A stretch of DNA of 52,366 bases from Seison nebaliae (lineage: Eukaryota). Under the pieces are notes generated by a model. It did no database searches, had not been told where the DNA came from, and was given only the letters and a program-made list of their open reading frames with translations. The stretch covers positions 1-52,366 of the forward strand of contig JALJEE010000706.1 in NCBI GenBank assembly GCA_023231475.1. The letters are read 5' to 3'. A program made the translations under genes and the position numbers. Below, piece after piece: positions 50,066 to 52,366 of this stretch (position 1 is its first letter; every line of letters begins with the position of its first letter).

Positions 50066-51891
50066 TTATCTTTCTGATTCTTCCAATTCATTCTCAATTA
50101 AATTTAAAATTCTTTTTTCATTTTCTTTTCACCACCAAACAAATAATGATGATTTATTCGATTCTTGTTGGAGATAATTGTCGATTCGATTCGTTCTCTC
50201 TCTTTCGGATAAGATACGTTCATCAATTTCTTTTCAACATTTTCTCAATTTATAAATGAAAAAGAGAAAACTTGAAAATTGGAGAATTTCAAATTCTCTT
50301 CCATTTTCCCCATGTACTTCTCATTCGCTTCGTCTTTCAATTGGAAAAGATATTTCACCGTCTCCAAATAAATGAATGTGTCGTCAATACTCCAAGAATT
50401 GATCAGTTCTCGATTTCCCGTCAAATGAGAAAGACTAAAAAGAGAAAGATGTTGGAGAAGATGTGTTAATAATGTGAAGACCTAGCACCAAAATAGATTA
50501 TATCGAATTTAAGATTTGGTATTCGATTAACTGATTTCCCAAATAGATCATTCGGTAAGAAATTGATGATAAATGATGAGGAATTTTCTTCTCGATCGAT
50601 TTCCACGATCTTCCTATTTCCATCGTTTTCTCGTCGACATCGATTGAGAATTTGATAGAATAATTTTTCGATTTTATCTTTACTAATTTCAAGTGATGAC
50701 TATTAATTTTAGGAAAAATAATATGATGATGGAAAAATGAGGTCCAACATAAAAATACATATTATTTCCTTTCTTCTTCCATTTGTCATCATCATTCTCG
50801 ATTCCATAAGCGATATAGGGTGATAATTCGATATCTCCGTTATAGTTGAGGAAGATGAGATCATTTCCAATCTAAATGAAAATAGAATAAAAAAAAAAGA
50901 TATTGTCGAATTGACCTTATCTTTTCCTTTCGTATAATTCATAAGGGATCGATTCAATGAGGTATGAAGATCATATTCGTCACGAATGGGGAAAGCGATT
51001 CCCTTCTCTCTCCAATTCAAATAGTTTTTACTTCCCATTATTTCCGCATCCAATGCCGCTAATTTCATACTATAATCCCAATCGAACACTCCAGCTCGAC
51101 TATCATATCTCAGTTTTAGATGTCTACGAACTCGTTCGTTCCTTTTCAGTTTTTTACATTAGAATCTCCTCCAATCCACTTCTCCGTGCTGAACTAACCA
51201 ATATTTGTCGATTTGTTCTATTTCATTCTTCGAACTGCGCCACATATCCAAAACGGCGATAATGAGATCGCGTTCGCGAAACTTAAAATAAGAATCAAAT
51301 TCATAAAAGTATGTTCAAATGGGAAACTTTCAATTTGGATAAATCAAATATTCCAAATAACAATTTCTTTCCACTATCCATTTCTCTAAGGATGATTCGT
51401 CAAATTCAAATCGGATCAAATTCCTATGAAAAACAAACTTTATTATTCGAATAGCAGCTTTCGTTAAATATTGTTTGGATTGAGGGAGTATGTAAAGATT
51501 TCCATACAATTCTAAGAAGATCTCAGATTTTTCTTCAATGGAAAAATTCAAGAATTTTCTTCAAAAGTAATCCAACCTCGCAGATCCAAATCGTCATCAT
51601 AAATTATATGAAAGAAGAGAAGTATCCTCACATAATTTGTTACATTCTCTTCGAACATGTAGAACTGGAATGCTGAATGCAGAAAAAGAAGAAAAGAAGA
51701 ATAACATTCAATTTGTAATTTTGGTCCTGTATGAGGAAGACATCAGAAATTGTTCGAATTATATGGCGCGCATCACCCGTACCTACTGAAAGAATATTCC
51801 AATCAAATTTTTTATCCAATTCCTCCTTCTCTATCAGACTGATATTGGGCGAGATACCCCAATACAATAAACTTCCTGTTCCACTTTCCAT
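50066..51891 (-). CDS. DNAAF3: Dynein axonemal assembly factor 3, multi-exon
   Basis: GSLLYWGISP, ILSVGTGDARHIIRT, FLELYGN, KFRERD, WNERVRRHLKLRYDSRAGVFDWDYSMKL and Y..WREKGIAF. The 3' end is inferred by manual splicing. Confidence 0.9.
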
Positions 51892-52366
51892 CAAAACGGT
51901 TTGACTGTTACCAAAGAAACCGAACTGAACTGAAGCTAACTATTAAATTTCGTACGAATTTCTATTATTATTATTATTTTTTTGATTATTATAAATGCAA
52001 GTTCCTACAGAGAAATAAAAAATCACGACATTGCTCGTTGAAAATTAGTTGACTGCATCTTGGTATATGATTTTTGAGATTGTCTATAATCGATAGTAAT
52101 AATATTATAAGCATCGAGTAGATTTTTGATTTAACAATTTCTCCACAAATTTCTAAATTAAAATTCCAAAAATTTTAAATAAATTAATAGTAAATTAGTA
52201 TTACTAATTTAGTAACTAAAATAAAAATCATTTAAATTGATAGTTCAATATATCAATGACGTACTAACTGGTTCTGTTGATTACAGTAACATTCGAATGT
52301 TCTCGATCACTCCAATATATAAAGGACATGTTAAAGATACCTCCGAAGTAAATTCCTACCGTCTTA

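Overview
AT-rich, gene-dense genomic DNA from a eukaryote. It is a ciliated bilaterian animal, judged from miR-1, DNAAF3, LRRC43 and HSDL2; the species cannot be determined from the sequence alone. Recognisable genes are EXOC3/Sec6-like, a PMT-2-type phosphoethanolamine methyltransferase, HMBS, HSDL2, LRRC43, an actin-fold protein with an extra N-terminal domain, a ZIFL-like MFS transporter, TBL3/UTP13, a SNAP29-like SNARE, a somatomedin-B protein and DNAAF3. There are also several orphan or divergent genes, including a SAM-SAM pseudo-GTPase, a PAN+fibrinogen-like protein and a 9-exon type-I membrane protein. Relics of MULE, PIF/Harbinger and LINE elements are scattered through the window. Highlights: (1) a minus-strand miR-1 precursor in the ~10 kb gene-free gap whose two arms are separated by a ~125-nt structured insert; (2) mostly short introns that almost always use GTT (not GTR) donors and often AAG acceptors; (3) a SAM-domain septin/AIG1-like protein with a destroyed P-loop; (4) HMBS with a ~200-aa acidic insertion; (5) HSDL2 without a PTS1; (6) a 1.2-kb deleted Mutator-like element with recognisable TIRs and TSD. 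All family assignments come from recalled motifs and manual translation, not database searches.
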